Shown here: positions 33,421 through 42,509 of the stretch, piece by piece | How positions within the stretch are numbered: position 1 is the first letter of the stretch | How the letters are laid out: each line of letters begins with the position of its first letter | Source: Actinomycetota bacterium | GTDB taxonomy: Bacteria; Actinomycetota; Thermoleophilia; RBG-16-64-13 | DNA length: 61,000 nt | Direction of reading: 5' to 3' | Assembly (NCBI GenBank): GCA_012729575.1 | Contig: JAAYCW010000009.1 | Coordinates: 1-61,000, forward strand | Notes under the pieces: model-generated | The model's input: the letters and a program-made list of their open reading frames with translations, nothing else | Database searches by the model: none | Told to the model about the DNA's origin: nothing | Translations under genes and position numbers: made by a program

Positions 33421-36000
33421 TTAAGAGCTACCCGGCCATTTCTCCACTTCGAGCAGGCACGAATTGGGGGCCTGCCCTGACGAGGTCGGAGTGATGAAAC
33501 GCTTGGGGGTCAGCATGTTTATGCACCCGGCCGTGTCTGCAGAATGGCCCGGCTCGCCCAGCGGTAGGTAGTCTCCGCAGGATTCCCAGGCGTGGACTAT
33601 GCCCGGAGGCAGTCTCTCCGTGACCTGGGCCGCTAGGATGACCTCTCCCCTATCGTTGAAGGCTCGGATGAGGTCGCCATCTTCGATACCCCTTGTCACG
33701 GCGTCCTTCTTATTCAGGCGCAAAATCCAGTAGTAATGCCCGTCCACCAGCATCCTGTGGTTCTTGATCTCGTTGCTCCAGCTCTCCTTGGCATCCCCAA
33801 CCGTGTGATAGCTGTAGCGAGGATGCGGGGAGACCATGGCGAGTGGGTACTTTTCGCAAAGTGCGGTGGTGTGATGCCCTTCCCAACTCTCCAGATACTG
33901 GGGTCCCATCACGGGCCGTTCGGGATCGACGCCATCGGTTTCGTAGAAGCGCTTGAGGCTGTTGGCGACGAACTCGATCTTGCCACTCTGGGTCTGAAGA
34001 CCCTTGCCTCCTATCTGGTCCCAGATCGGAGGGCCCCAGTCCGGGGTGTCCTTGACCCGCCCTTCTGCGAACCATCGCAGGGCGGGTGTGGGTTCTTGGT
34101 TCTCCGGGACGGGCACCATGTAGTAGCCCTTCTTCTCGAAGTCTTCCCAACTAATTCTGCTTGGCAGGTCACTCGCGTGGAACATGCGCTTCACCCAGTC
34201 GAGATCGCTGTGGCCTCCTTCGGTATACCGGTCTGCGAAGCCCAAACGGTCAGCGAGCAGGCTGAAGATCTCATAGTCCGACTTGGATTCTCCCAAGGGC
34301 TCGATGCACTTCTTCTCGAGAACGATGAGGCGGTGGTTGACCTGGTCGAACTTGTGCGTGCCATATCCGGATGGATGTGCCCAGTCGCCGATATCCCAAC
34401 GCTCGAAATTAGTGCACGCCGGTAGGATGATGTCGGCGAACTTGGCCTCCCCCTCGAACCAGATGGACTGGTTGACCACGAAAGGCACCTTTCCCTCCCG
34501 ATAGCCGCGAACAAAGCGGTTGGTCTCGGTCATGGTGCCGAAGAAGGAGCCACCGTAGCGGTAGTACATCTGCACGTGTGGATACCCGGAGGCGGGATAC
34601 TGATACTTCTTGAACTGCATCTCTATGGAACCGCCACAGAAGCCCTTGCCGCGCCACTCCAGCCGTTCATGATGCATCATCTCCGGGATCAGCAGCCGGT
34701 AACCGATCTGTCCCTCCGGTCCGTGCTGGGGATTCGAGATGGTGCCCCCGTTGGGCCACATGCGGAAGGAGAGACGGTAGCCTGAGGCTGTGCCGACCGT
34801 GTCGGCGGATATGCCGCCCTCCGCATAGCCGGGGAACCAGAAGTCTCGGTCGGCCGGGACGCCGCAGGTGGTCGAATAGATGTTACTGCCGGGCTTGCCC
34901 AGCCCCTGCATGGCTGCCAGCGCGATCATCATCCTCGCGTATTCGTTACCGTAGGAAGAACGGCAGGCGCCGCCCCACCCGCCCATGCCGCCGGCTGCCA
35001 GCATGGTCTTCTTGGAACCCCATTCGCGCGCCAGAGCCCGGATCTCCCGAGCGGGGACCAGGCTTTCGCCCTCAGCCCACTCCGGGGTCTTGGGGACGCC
35101 GTCGGTCTCGCCCAGAACGTAGCTCTTCCACTCATCGAAGCCCTGGGTGCGGGTCTCCACGTATTCCCTGTCGTACAGTCCCTCAGTTAACCATACGAAC
35201 GCTATACCCAGGCCCAAGGCTACATCGGTGCCCATGCGCGGCGCCATCCATTTGTCGGCGACCAGGCCCGCGGTATGGTTGAAGTGAGGGTCAATGAAGA
35301 CCATCTTAACGCCCAGTTCCTTGAGCCACTGCCGCCGGGAGAAGCTCTCGTGCGACCCGTACACGCCACAAGTGGTCTCAGGATCGGATGACCAGAACAC
35401 CATCATCTCGGCATTCTCGAGTGCATCCTGCAGGAGATCGTACTGCTCGGGCAGCCCCAGGCGACTGCTGAAGCCCCACATATGATCGCCGCCCCACTGC
35501 CAGCCTTCCCAGCTGTCCGGGTTGTGCTCGACGTAGGTCATCCCCCACAGGTTCATGAAGCGGTTGTAGGCGCTGAAACGGTAGCCGACGTTGCCCCACA
35601 TATGATGGGAGGAGGGAGTGGTCATCATGGCCGCGGGACCGTATTCCCGCTTCAGCCTGATCATCTCCTCGGCTATCGTGTCGAGGGCTTCGTCCCAGCT
35701 TATCGGCTCGTAGCCCGATTCGCCCCTCTTGGCGATGTTACGCCTTCCCTTGCGGTCGAAATCGACGCGCTTCAGGGGCGTCAGTATGCGCTTCGGTGAG
35801 TAAATGGTTGACTTGTGAGCAGCCGTCCAGTTGGTGATTGTGGTTCTTCTGGGCGGCGTGAATTCCCTACCCCGTGCCCTGATAGTCCAGGAGGGACCAT
35901 CGCTGTCGTCGAGCTGGAGAGGGATGATGCGGACGATCTTGCCCCCGTCCACGTCCACATGCACCGGACCTCCAGTGGTCAGGTTCGTCAGTCGCTGCAT
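33421..36000 (-). CDS. molybdopterin (bis-MGD) oxidoreductase, pyrogallol hydroxytransferase large-subunit (AthL)-like
   Basis: 859 aa from the ATG at 36000 (SD AAGGA 8 nt upstream). LTNLTTGGPVHVDVDGGKIVRI, TPSSHHMWGNVGYRF, NPDSWEGWQWGGDHMWGF, VFWSSDPETT, ILPACTNFERWDI and a C-terminal beta-barrel GDLIRAFNDRGEVILAAQVTE are near-collinear with my recollection of the Pelobacter transhydroxylase alpha subunit. No N-terminal Cys cluster and no RR signal. The ORF-track start at 36117 adds 39 unsupported codons. Confidence 0.8.
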   Translation of the reverse strand: MQRLTNLTTGGPVHVDVDGGKIVRIIPLQLDDSDGPSWTIRARGREFTPPRRTTITNWTAAHKSTIYSPKRILTPLKRVDFDRKGRRNIAKRGESGYEPISWDEALDTIAEEMIRLKREYGPAAMMTTPSSHHMWGNVGYRFSAYNRFMNLWGMTYVEHNPDSWEGWQWGGDHMWGFSSRLGLPEQYDLLQDALENAEMMVFWSSDPETTCGVYGSHESFSRRQWLKELGVKMVFIDPHFNHTAGLVADKWMAPRMGTDVALGLGIAFVWLTEGLYDREYVETRTQGFDEWKSYVLGETDGVPKTPEWAEGESLVPAREIRALAREWGSKKTMLAAGGMGGWGGACRSSYGNEYARMMIALAAMQGLGKPGSNIYSTTCGVPADRDFWFPGYAEGGISADTVGTASGYRLSFRMWPNGGTISNPQHGPEGQIGYRLLIPEMMHHERLEWRGKGFCGGSIEMQFKKYQYPASGYPHVQMYYRYGGSFFGTMTETNRFVRGYREGKVPFVVNQSIWFEGEAKFADIILPACTNFERWDIGDWAHPSGYGTHKFDQVNHRLIVLEKKCIEPLGESKSDYEIFSLLADRLGFADRYTEGGHSDLDWVKRMFHASDLPSRISWEDFEKKGYYMVPVPENQEPTPALRWFAEGRVKDTPDWGPPIWDQIGGKGLQTQSGKIEFVANSLKRFYETDGVDPERPVMGPQYLESWEGHHTTALCEKYPLAMVSPHPRYSYHTVGDAKESWSNEIKNHRMLVDGHYYWILRLNKKDAVTRGIEDGDLIRAFNDRGEVILAAQVTERLPPGIVHAWESCGDYLPLGEPGHSADTAGCINMLTPKRFITPTSSGQAPNSCLLEVEKWPGSS

Positions 36001-36141
36001 TTCTGCCGTCCTTGCGCTTGTTGCTTCGGTTGAGGGAAATGATATAGTACCGAGCGCCCGCATATCGTCTGCGGTGCGCTCAGTCCGAGCCCAGTCGGGG
36101 CGGAGCCGCTTGGCCAAGCCAAGAATCGCGGGTCTGTCGCC

Positions 36142-36170
36142 TTGACACTGCCTTTCCCCTCCATTATCAT
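36142..36170 (+). promoter_or_regulatory. candidate rplM-rpsI promoter
   Basis: -35 TTGACA (36142-36147), 17-nt spacer, -10 TATCAT (36165-36170), 27 nt before the GTG start. SD AAGGAGG at 36186-36192. Confidence 0.55.
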
Positions 36171-36196
36171 CTGCGTTCGCGTTTTAAGGAGGCAGA

Positions 36197-36631
36197 GTGA
36201 GAACCTATTCGGCGAAACCCGGTGAGGTGCAGCGCAACTGGTGGATCGTCGATGCCGACGGCAAGAATCTGGGCCGGCTGGCATCGGAGATCGCCGACGT
36301 GCTGCGGGGTAAGAACAAGCCTCAGTACACCCCACATGTGGACACCGGGGACTTTGTCGTCGTGGTCAATGCTGAGAAGATTGCGGTGACCGGCAACAAG
36401 CTCGTGGGCAAAGTCTACTACAGGCACTCGGGCTACCCCGGAGGCATCAAGAGTCGGACTCTCGGGGAGATGCTGGAGAGGCGTCCTACCGAGGTGCTAC
36501 GGAAGGCGGTCAAGGGCATGCTGCCGAAGAACCGCATCGCTGCACAGCAGTTGAACAAGCTGAAGATCTATGCTGGGCCCGAGCATCCCCATGCCGCCCA
36601 GAAGCCGGAGGAGTTTCCATGGCAGCAGTAG
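36197..36631 (+). CDS. rplM: 50S ribosomal protein L13
   Basis: GTG start; [47 protein letters not shown]. Confidence 0.97.
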   Translation: MRTYSAKPGEVQRNWWIVDADGKNLGRLASEIADVLRGKNKPQYTPHVDTGDFVVVVNAEKIAVTGNKLVGKVYYRHSGYPGGIKSRTLGEMLERRPTEVLRKAVKGMLPKNRIAAQQLNKLKIYAGPEHPHAAQKPEEFPWQQ

Positions 36632-37011
36632 TCTACTCGGCAACAGGCAAGCGAAAGACCTCGGTCGCACGTGTGCGGCTTATGCCGGGTACCGGGACGG
36701 TCACGGTCAACGGCAAGGATTTCAAGGATTACTTCAACCGGCAGACCCTCCTGCTCATGGTACGGTCGCCTTTGGTCGAAACAGGCACGGAGACCCGCTA
36801 CGACGTGGTAGCCGATCTGCATGGCGGAGGTAAGTCCGGTCAGGCCGGTGCCCTCAAACACGGTGTCGCCCGGGCTCTGGTCGAGGCGGACCCCTCTCTC
36901 AAGACCGATGTCAAGCGAGCCGGTCACCTATCCCGAGACGCTCGTATGGTGGAGCGAAAGAAGGCCGGTCTCAAGAAGGCCCGCAAGCGCCCGCAGTTTT
37001 CCAAGCGTTAA
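36619..37011 (+). CDS. rpsI: 30S ribosomal protein S9
   Basis: [12 protein letters not shown]...[19 protein letters not shown]...[18 protein letters not shown]. Confidence 0.97.
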   Translation: MAAVVYSATGKRKTSVARVRLMPGTGTVTVNGKDFKDYFNRQTLLLMVRSPLVETGTETRYDVVADLHGGGKSGQAGALKHGVARALVEADPSLKTDVKRAGHLSRDARMVERKKAGLKKARKRPQFSKR

Positions 37012-37039
37012 CCGGGCTGCTTACAGGCTCCAGGGAATC

Positions 37040-37076
37040 AAGAGGCGAGGGAGAAATCTCCCTCGCCTCTTCTGTT
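37040..37076 (+). terminator. intrinsic terminator after rpsI
   Basis: Perfect 13-bp stem AAGAGGCGAGGGA (37040-37052) / TCCCTCGCCTCTT (37059-37071), 6-nt loop, followed by CTGTT. Confidence 0.7.
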
Positions 37077-37089
37077 CGGTGGAGGCGGG

Positions 37090-38157
37090 ATGCCTGAACT
37101 GCGAATAGATGTTGAGGCGATAGGTACGAACACCGAGGCGGTGGCTGCTCTGCTGCGCGCGCACGATCTCGATCTGGTGGCGGTCACCAAAGGCTGTCTG
37201 GGCGATCCGCAGGTGGCCGGGGCGATGCTCGTCGGGGGCGCGGTGGCTTTAGCCGATACCCGAGATGCCAATCTTCGTAGGCTACGGGCTGCCTTCCCGC
37301 GGGTGGAACTCCATCGCATACACCTTCCCTCGCTTGCCGAGCCCTTCGAGCCCGGAGACGTGAGTTACGTGTCCTGTCGGGAAGGAGCGGCAGCGGTGGC
37401 TGCGGTTTCGCAGAAAGGCGGCGATACCCACGTGGCCAGGGCGCTGGGGCCGAACAGGTCGCAGGAGTTCCCTAGGCTGCCGGAGCCGCGCAGGGTGATG
37501 ATCATGGTGGAGACCGGGGACGAGAGAGAGGGTGTGCCACCCAACGGACTCTTTGGACTGGCCCTGGAGATAGCCCAGCATCCCGGGCTGCAGCTCGAGG
37601 GCGTGGCGACGAATTACGCGTGCTTTCGCGGCCGTTCGGAGGGCATCAGAGAATCGGTGCAGACTGTTGTGCGCGCGGCCGGCGCGCTGCGCGCGGCCGG
37701 CCACCCAGTGGAGCGGGTATCGGGGGGGAATTCGAGCTTACTTGCACTGCTGGTGGACGGCGAGGATCTGCCTGCCGCGGTGACCGAGTTGCGATGTGGT
37801 GAAGCACTACTGCTGGGCCAAGACGCGCTCTTCTATCGGCCCCTGCCCGGTTGCCGTCAAGATGCCTGCGTGATCCGGACTGAAGTGATAGAAGAGTATA
37901 CTAGGCCCGCCGCTGGGGGCTCTCGGCTCCGTTTGGTGTTAGGGGTGGGGCGGCAGGACTTGGGATGGGGTGAGGTCAGGTTCGACCGGCCCGGCCTCCG
38001 CGAAATAGGGCGATCAGCCGATTATCTGGTGGTGGAGGTTGACGAGGGTCGTCCGGGTATCTCTCCGGGGATGACGATCGACATGATCCCCGCGTACGAG
38101 GCGCTCGTAGCCGCTTGGACGTCTCCCTATGTTGAAGTGAAGCTTCTGAACAGGTGA
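37090..38157 (+). CDS. PLP-dependent alanine/ornithine-racemase-family protein (fold type III, COG3457-like)
   Basis: 355 aa. N-terminal barrel with a candidate PLP lysine in LVAVTKGC, a later GGNSS motif and a C-terminal beta domain. Contains a low-complexity insert (KGGDTHVARALGPNRSQEFPRLPEP). Family assignment is from pattern memory only. Confidence 0.6.
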   Translation: MPELRIDVEAIGTNTEAVAALLRAHDLDLVAVTKGCLGDPQVAGAMLVGGAVALADTRDANLRRLRAAFPRVELHRIHLPSLAEPFEPGDVSYVSCREGAAAVAAVSQKGGDTHVARALGPNRSQEFPRLPEPRRVMIMVETGDEREGVPPNGLFGLALEIAQHPGLQLEGVATNYACFRGRSEGIRESVQTVVRAAGALRAAGHPVERVSGGNSSLLALLVDGEDLPAAVTELRCGEALLLGQDALFYRPLPGCRQDACVIRTEVIEEYTRPAAGGSRLRLVLGVGRQDLGWGEVRFDRPGLREIGRSADYLVVEVDEGRPGISPGMTIDMIPAYEALVAAWTSPYVEVKLLNR

Positions 38158-38176
38158 CGAGGGAGGAAGACGGCTG

Positions 38177-40009
38177 ATGTGCGGGATTGTCGGTTACGTG
38201 GGCGGTCGGCCATGCAAGGGTATCCTGTTCGAGGGTCTGCGTAAGCTTGAGTATCGCGGCTACGATTCCGCGGGCATCGGCGTCGTCGCCGATGGGCGCG
38301 TCGAGATCTCGCGCTCGGTGGGCAACCTGGACAATCTCGAACTCATACTCAGTCAAGTGGACGACGCCGGTACGACGGGTATCGCGCACACTCGCTGGGC
38401 GACGCACGGCCGGCCTTCGATTGAGAACGCTCACCCTCACACCGACTGTTCCGGACGTTTCGCCATCGTCCTCAACGGCATCGTCGAGAACTACCAGGAA
38501 CTGAGGGCCGCACTCCAAGGCGAAGGGCATGTCTTCAGTTCCGAGACCGACGCCGAGGTGGTAGCTCATCTCATAGAGCGGGCATACCGAGGGTCGCTGC
38601 AGGACGCGGTGGTGGAGGCCTACCGGCAGATGGAGGGTCACTTCAGCTACTGCGCCGTCACGGCCGACGAGCCGGAGGTGATCATCGGGATACGTAAGGA
38701 GACGCCTCTGGTGGTAGGAGTGAGTGAGGGCGAGAACTTCATCGCATCAGCCATCCCCGCCTTTCTTGCGGAGACGCGTTCGGTGCTGTTCCCCGACGAC
38801 GGGGAGGTGGTGGTCGTGAGTCGGGATTCCGTCCGGGTATGCACTCTGGAGGGTGACCCGGTGGACCGTCCGGCGAAGACCGTCGATTGGGACGACGAGG
38901 CGGCCGAGAAGGCCGGGTACGAGACCTTCATGCTCAAAGAGATCTACGAACAGCCGGCGGCCCTGGCGGACACTCTGGCGGAGCGCATCGCACCGGACGG
39001 ACGGGTCGTCCTCGAAGGACTCGGCCTTACCCAGGAGGACTTCCGCGGGCTGGAACGTGTGATCATCGTCGCGTGCGGCACCTCATATCACGCCGGCCTC
39101 ATAGGCAGGCATGCACTGGAGAGGTGGGCGCGCCTCCCGGTCGAGGTCGAAGTGGCGTCGGAGTTTCGCTACCGGGACCCGGTCATCGGTCCGCGATGTC
39201 TGTGCATCGGCATCAGCCAGTCCGGTGAGACTGCAGATACCCTGGCGGCGATGCGTCTCGCCCGCCGAAGAGGCGCGAAGGTACTGGCGCTCACGAACAT
39301 AGTCGGCTCTCAAGCCACGAGAGAAGCAGACGGTGTGCTTTTCACGCGGGCGGGTCTTGAGGTCGGCGTGGCCGCCACCAAGACCTTCCTCACTCAGGTG
39401 CTGGCCGTTCTCTTGTTCGCACTCCATATGGGAGAGAAACGAGGATACCTCGAAGCCGAGCGGGTCCTCGGTTTGACGGGGAAGTTGCGCCGTATCCCCA
39501 CTCGGCTCCGCGAGTACTTGGAAAGCGACGCGGTACGGGGCGTGGAACAGGCGGCCGTTCGCTGTGCGTCCCAACGCTTCTTCATGGTGCTGGGGAGGAA
39601 CATCGGCCTTCCTGTGGCTTTGGAAGGTGCTCTGAAGTTGAAGGAGATCTCCTACGTACCCACGGAGGCTTACGCCGCCGGCGAGATGAAACACGGTCCC
39701 ATCGCTCTTCTAGAGGAAGGATCACCTGTCCTTGTGGTGGCGACAGATGCGTCCATTTATGACAAGCTGGTCTCGAATGTGCAGGAAGTGCGCGCCCGTG
39801 GCGCTCGGGTGATAGCTGTGGCCTCCGAAGGCAACGAAGGTATCGGCGAGATGGCCGACGACATATTCCTCGTACCCTGCACCGACGAGATGCTGTCGCC
39901 GTTGTTTGGCGTAGTGCCTCTTCAGTTGTTCGCCTATTACGTAGCCAAGGCCAGAGGCGAGAAGGTCGATCAACCTCGGAACCTGGCCAAGACCGTGACG
40001 GTAGAGTGA
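38177..40009 (+). CDS. glmS: glutamine--fructose-6-phosphate aminotransferase
   Basis: MCGIVGYVG N-terminal nucleophile; two SIS domains (GISQSGETADT); C-terminal NLAKTVTVE. Confidence 0.98.
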   Translation: MCGIVGYVGGRPCKGILFEGLRKLEYRGYDSAGIGVVADGRVEISRSVGNLDNLELILSQVDDAGTTGIAHTRWATHGRPSIENAHPHTDCSGRFAIVLNGIVENYQELRAALQGEGHVFSSETDAEVVAHLIERAYRGSLQDAVVEAYRQMEGHFSYCAVTADEPEVIIGIRKETPLVVGVSEGENFIASAIPAFLAETRSVLFPDDGEVVVVSRDSVRVCTLEGDPVDRPAKTVDWDDEAAEKAGYETFMLKEIYEQPAALADTLAERIAPDGRVVLEGLGLTQEDFRGLERVIIVACGTSYHAGLIGRHALERWARLPVEVEVASEFRYRDPVIGPRCLCIGISQSGETADTLAAMRLARRRGAKVLALTNIVGSQATREADGVLFTRAGLEVGVAATKTFLTQVLAVLLFALHMGEKRGYLEAERVLGLTGKLRRIPTRLREYLESDAVRGVEQAAVRCASQRFFMVLGRNIGLPVALEGALKLKEISYVPTEAYAAGEMKHGPIALLEEGSPVLVVATDASIYDKLVSNVQEVRARGARVIAVASEGNEGIGEMADDIFLVPCTDEMLSPLFGVVPLQLFAYYVAKARGEKVDQPRNLAKTVTVE

Positions 40010-42039
40010 ACACGGCCGCGCCTCTGGTCGGCCTCGACCTGGTGGAGGTCGAACGGTTCCGGCGGGCAATGATCCGTCACCCCCGTCTGGAAGAACGCCT
40101 GTTCACCCGGGCTGAGATCGGCTACTGCCGGGGAAGGGGCGCGCCGATCCTACATTTTGCCGCTCGTTTCGCCGCGAAGGAAGCGATTGGTAAACTTCTG
40201 GGCACGGGCGTCATATCGTGGCAGGAGATCGAGCTAGGAGGCGGAGCGTCTCCGAAGGGCTCATCCGCGGGGTGTGTTCCGTGGGTGGTCCTCAGCGGAC
40301 GGACGGAGGCCGTAGCCCGGGAGCGGGGCGTCGCAGCGGTGCGGGTCTCACTGTCGCATGTGGATTCGTTGGCCGGGGCCTGTGTGGTGGTTACAGCGTG
40401 TTCTCTGGGAGGAACGATGATGACGGAAGATCGCTCGTACGCGGGAGGTCCCGGTCTGGAGGCTGCAGGAGACATCCCGGCCTTTCAGACGCTCAGTGAG
40501 AAGGCCGCCGTCTTCACCCCGGCCCAAGTCCGCGAACTCGATAGGGCGACCATAGAGGACGTCGGTGTGCCGGGGCCGGTGCTCATGGAGCGGGCCGCCC
40601 TGGGTGTGAGCCGGTTGATCCGGGCGCGTTATCCCGACAGACATACGCTCATCGTCTGTGGCCGGGGTAACAACGGTGGCGACGGATTGGCGGCCGCCCG
40701 CCAACTCCATCTCGTGGGCCAACCGGTGGCCTGTGTGGTCGCGGTGGGGTCGCCCTCTGAGCTCACCGCCGACGCCGCTCTGAACTTCAGAGCGGCTGAG
40801 AGGACGGGGGTGAATCTGAGGGTCGGCACGGTGCCCGAATACCTGTGGGAGGAGACCGAGCTGATCGTGGACTGTCTACTGGGTACGGGCGCTACGGGCG
40901 AGCTGCGAGGCCGGCCGGCCGAACTAGCCGAGTTGATCAACGCGGCCGCTGCCAGGGGCGTGCCGGTAGTGTCCGTTGACGTACCCTCAGGGGTCGATGC
41001 GACCACCGGGAGCATCGCGCAAGGGACTGTGGCGGCCGACGTAACCATCACCTTCCATTCGGCTAAGAGCGGTCTGGTCTGTCCACCGGGTTCGGAGGCC
41101 GCCGGTGAGGTTCTGGTGTGGGATATAGGCATCCCGCAATCGTTGGAGCCCGAACCCGACCTCTGGGTGGTGAATGGGGACGATGTGAACGTGCCCGGCC
41201 GGCGGGTCGACGACCACAAGTATCGCGCGGGGTACGTCGCGGTGCTGGCAGGCTCGGCAGCATATCCGGGTGCGGCCTGGCTGGCGACGCAGGCAGCTTA
41301 CAGAACCGGTGCGGGATACGTGCGCCTGCTTATGACGACCGGTGGTGCGCAAGGGGTGCGCAACCGGTTGGTTGAAGCCGTTCTGCAAGAGATCGGATCC
41401 GGCGACCATTTGGCTGATGCCGACGCGGTTCTGGCCGTCCTTGCCGACGAGCGATTGGGGTCCTTGGTAGCTGGACCTGGGTTGGGCCGTAAACCGGAAA
41501 CACTCGCGGCGGTCAAGAGGGTGGTTTTGGAAAGTGAAGCGCCGCTGGTTCTCGACGCGGATGGGTTGTTCGCATTCGCCGGTATGGCCGAGGAGCTCCG
41601 GTCTCGCTCTGGAGTCGTTCTGACGCCTCATGCAGGTGAGTTGGCCGCCTTGTTGGGCGTGGCGGTGAGCGAAGTGACCATCGCCGTACTGGCCGCCGCG
41701 CGACGCGCGGCGGCCAGTACGGGCCAGGTGGTACTCTTGAAGGGCTCGTCTACCGTCATAGCAGCGCCTTCAGGCGATACCCGGGTTGTTGTTCAGGGGC
41801 CTCCTCAATTGGCGTCGGCGGGCACTGGGGACGTACTTTCAGGTGTTATCGGGGCCCTGCTCGCTAAGGGTCTGGATCCCTTCGAGGCCGCGTATGCCGG
41901 AGCGTGGGTACACGCAGAAGCGGGGAGGGTCCGTGCGATCACCGATCCCCAAGGTGTCCTCGCCGGAGACTTGTTGGAGTGCATCCCCGGCATTATTGCC
42001 GGCCGTCTATATGAGAGGGGGCCTTCATGGAGGAGCTGA
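40006..42039 (+). CDS. acpS-nnr: tri-domain fusion: holo-ACP synthase (AcpS) + NAD(P)H-hydrate epimerase (NnrE/YjeF_N) + ADP-dependent NAD(P)H-hydrate dehydratase (NnrD/YjeF_C)
   Basis: GTG start in a GTGA overlap with the glmS stop. aa 1-130: GLDLVEVERFRR...FAAKEAIGKLLG...VSLSHVDSLAGACVVV (AcpS). aa ~160-390: VCGRGNNGGDGLAAARQL (YjeF_N). aa ~395-677: KYRAGYVAVLAGS...LTPHAGELAAL...GTGDVLSGVIGALLA (carbohydrate-kinase-like). No stop between the domains. Confidence 0.88.
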   Translation: MNTAAPLVGLDLVEVERFRRAMIRHPRLEERLFTRAEIGYCRGRGAPILHFAARFAAKEAIGKLLGTGVISWQEIELGGGASPKGSSAGCVPWVVLSGRTEAVARERGVAAVRVSLSHVDSLAGACVVVTACSLGGTMMTEDRSYAGGPGLEAAGDIPAFQTLSEKAAVFTPAQVRELDRATIEDVGVPGPVLMERAALGVSRLIRARYPDRHTLIVCGRGNNGGDGLAAARQLHLVGQPVACVVAVGSPSELTADAALNFRAAERTGVNLRVGTVPEYLWEETELIVDCLLGTGATGELRGRPAELAELINAAAARGVPVVSVDVPSGVDATTGSIAQGTVAADVTITFHSAKSGLVCPPGSEAAGEVLVWDIGIPQSLEPEPDLWVVNGDDVNVPGRRVDDHKYRAGYVAVLAGSAAYPGAAWLATQAAYRTGAGYVRLLMTTGGAQGVRNRLVEAVLQEIGSGDHLADADAVLAVLADERLGSLVAGPGLGRKPETLAAVKRVVLESEAPLVLDADGLFAFAGMAEELRSRSGVVLTPHAGELAALLGVAVSEVTIAVLAAARRAAASTGQVVLLKGSSTVIAAPSGDTRVVVQGPPQLASAGTGDVLSGVIGALLAKGLDPFEAAYAGAWVHAEAGRVRAITDPQGVLAGDLLECIPGIIAGRLYERGPSWRS

Positions 42040-42491
42040 GAGTCCGGGATATCATGCAGGCGGATGTCATCACAGCCACGCCGGAGGCCACGGTGCGTGA
42101 ACTCGCCGATCTCCTGGCTAGGCACAAGATCAGCGGAGTACCGGTTGTCGACGGAGAGGGCAAAGTGGTTGGGGTGGTCAGCGAAGCTGATGTCATCCTT
42201 CAGGACGCCGACCTTCATTTCCCCTACTACATCCCCTTTCTGGACAGCATCATCTACCTGCAGAGCGTGAGCAAGTTCGAGACCCGGCTTCGGAAGATGT
42301 TCGGCACCAAGGTGGCCGATATCATGAGCCGCGAGGTCGTCACCATCGCCCCCGATGCGTCCGTGTATGACGCCGCGGCTCTCATGGCTGATCGAACGAT
42401 CAACCGGGTCCCGGTGTTGGAAAAGGGAAGACTCGTCGGGATACTGACTCGGGGCGACATCGTCAAGGCCATAGCAGAACGCAAGGCATAA
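42027..42491 (+). CDS. CBS domain-pair protein
   Basis: 154 aa. Two CBS repeats (VRDIMQADVITATPEATVRELADLLARHKISGVPVVD and VADIMSREVVTIAPDASVYDAAALMADRTINRVPVLE). 13-nt overlap with the upstream gene. Confidence 0.85.
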   Translation: MEELRVRDIMQADVITATPEATVRELADLLARHKISGVPVVDGEGKVVGVVSEADVILQDADLHFPYYIPFLDSIIYLQSVSKFETRLRKMFGTKVADIMSREVVTIAPDASVYDAAALMADRTINRVPVLEKGRLVGILTRGDIVKAIAERKA

Positions 42492-42509
42492 GGAGAAGGA
42501 CAGAAGATC

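Noticed and set aside
36001-36117. 39-codon N-terminal extension of the molybdoenzyme ORF (MAKRLRPDWARTERT...), which might have been a Tat signal
   Set aside because: It has no twin-arginine consensus or hydrophobic core. The internal ATG at 36000 has a good SD and matches the N-terminus of the transhydroxylase family (M..V.RLTN..TGGPV).
36075-36165. TCCGAGCC followed by CCTTTCCCCTCC, reminiscent of Moco-riboswitch conserved boxes, next to the molybdoenzyme gene
   Set aside because: The boxes are on the plus strand, so they would be read towards rplM rather than towards the minus-strand Mo enzyme. The GGAAAG and GCCUCCC elements are not present in the required form or order. The segment also overlaps the rplM promoter.
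38158-38176. Possible glmS ribozyme upstream of glmS
   Set aside because: Only 19 nt separate the upstream stop from the glmS ATG, which is far too short for the ~170-nt ribozyme.
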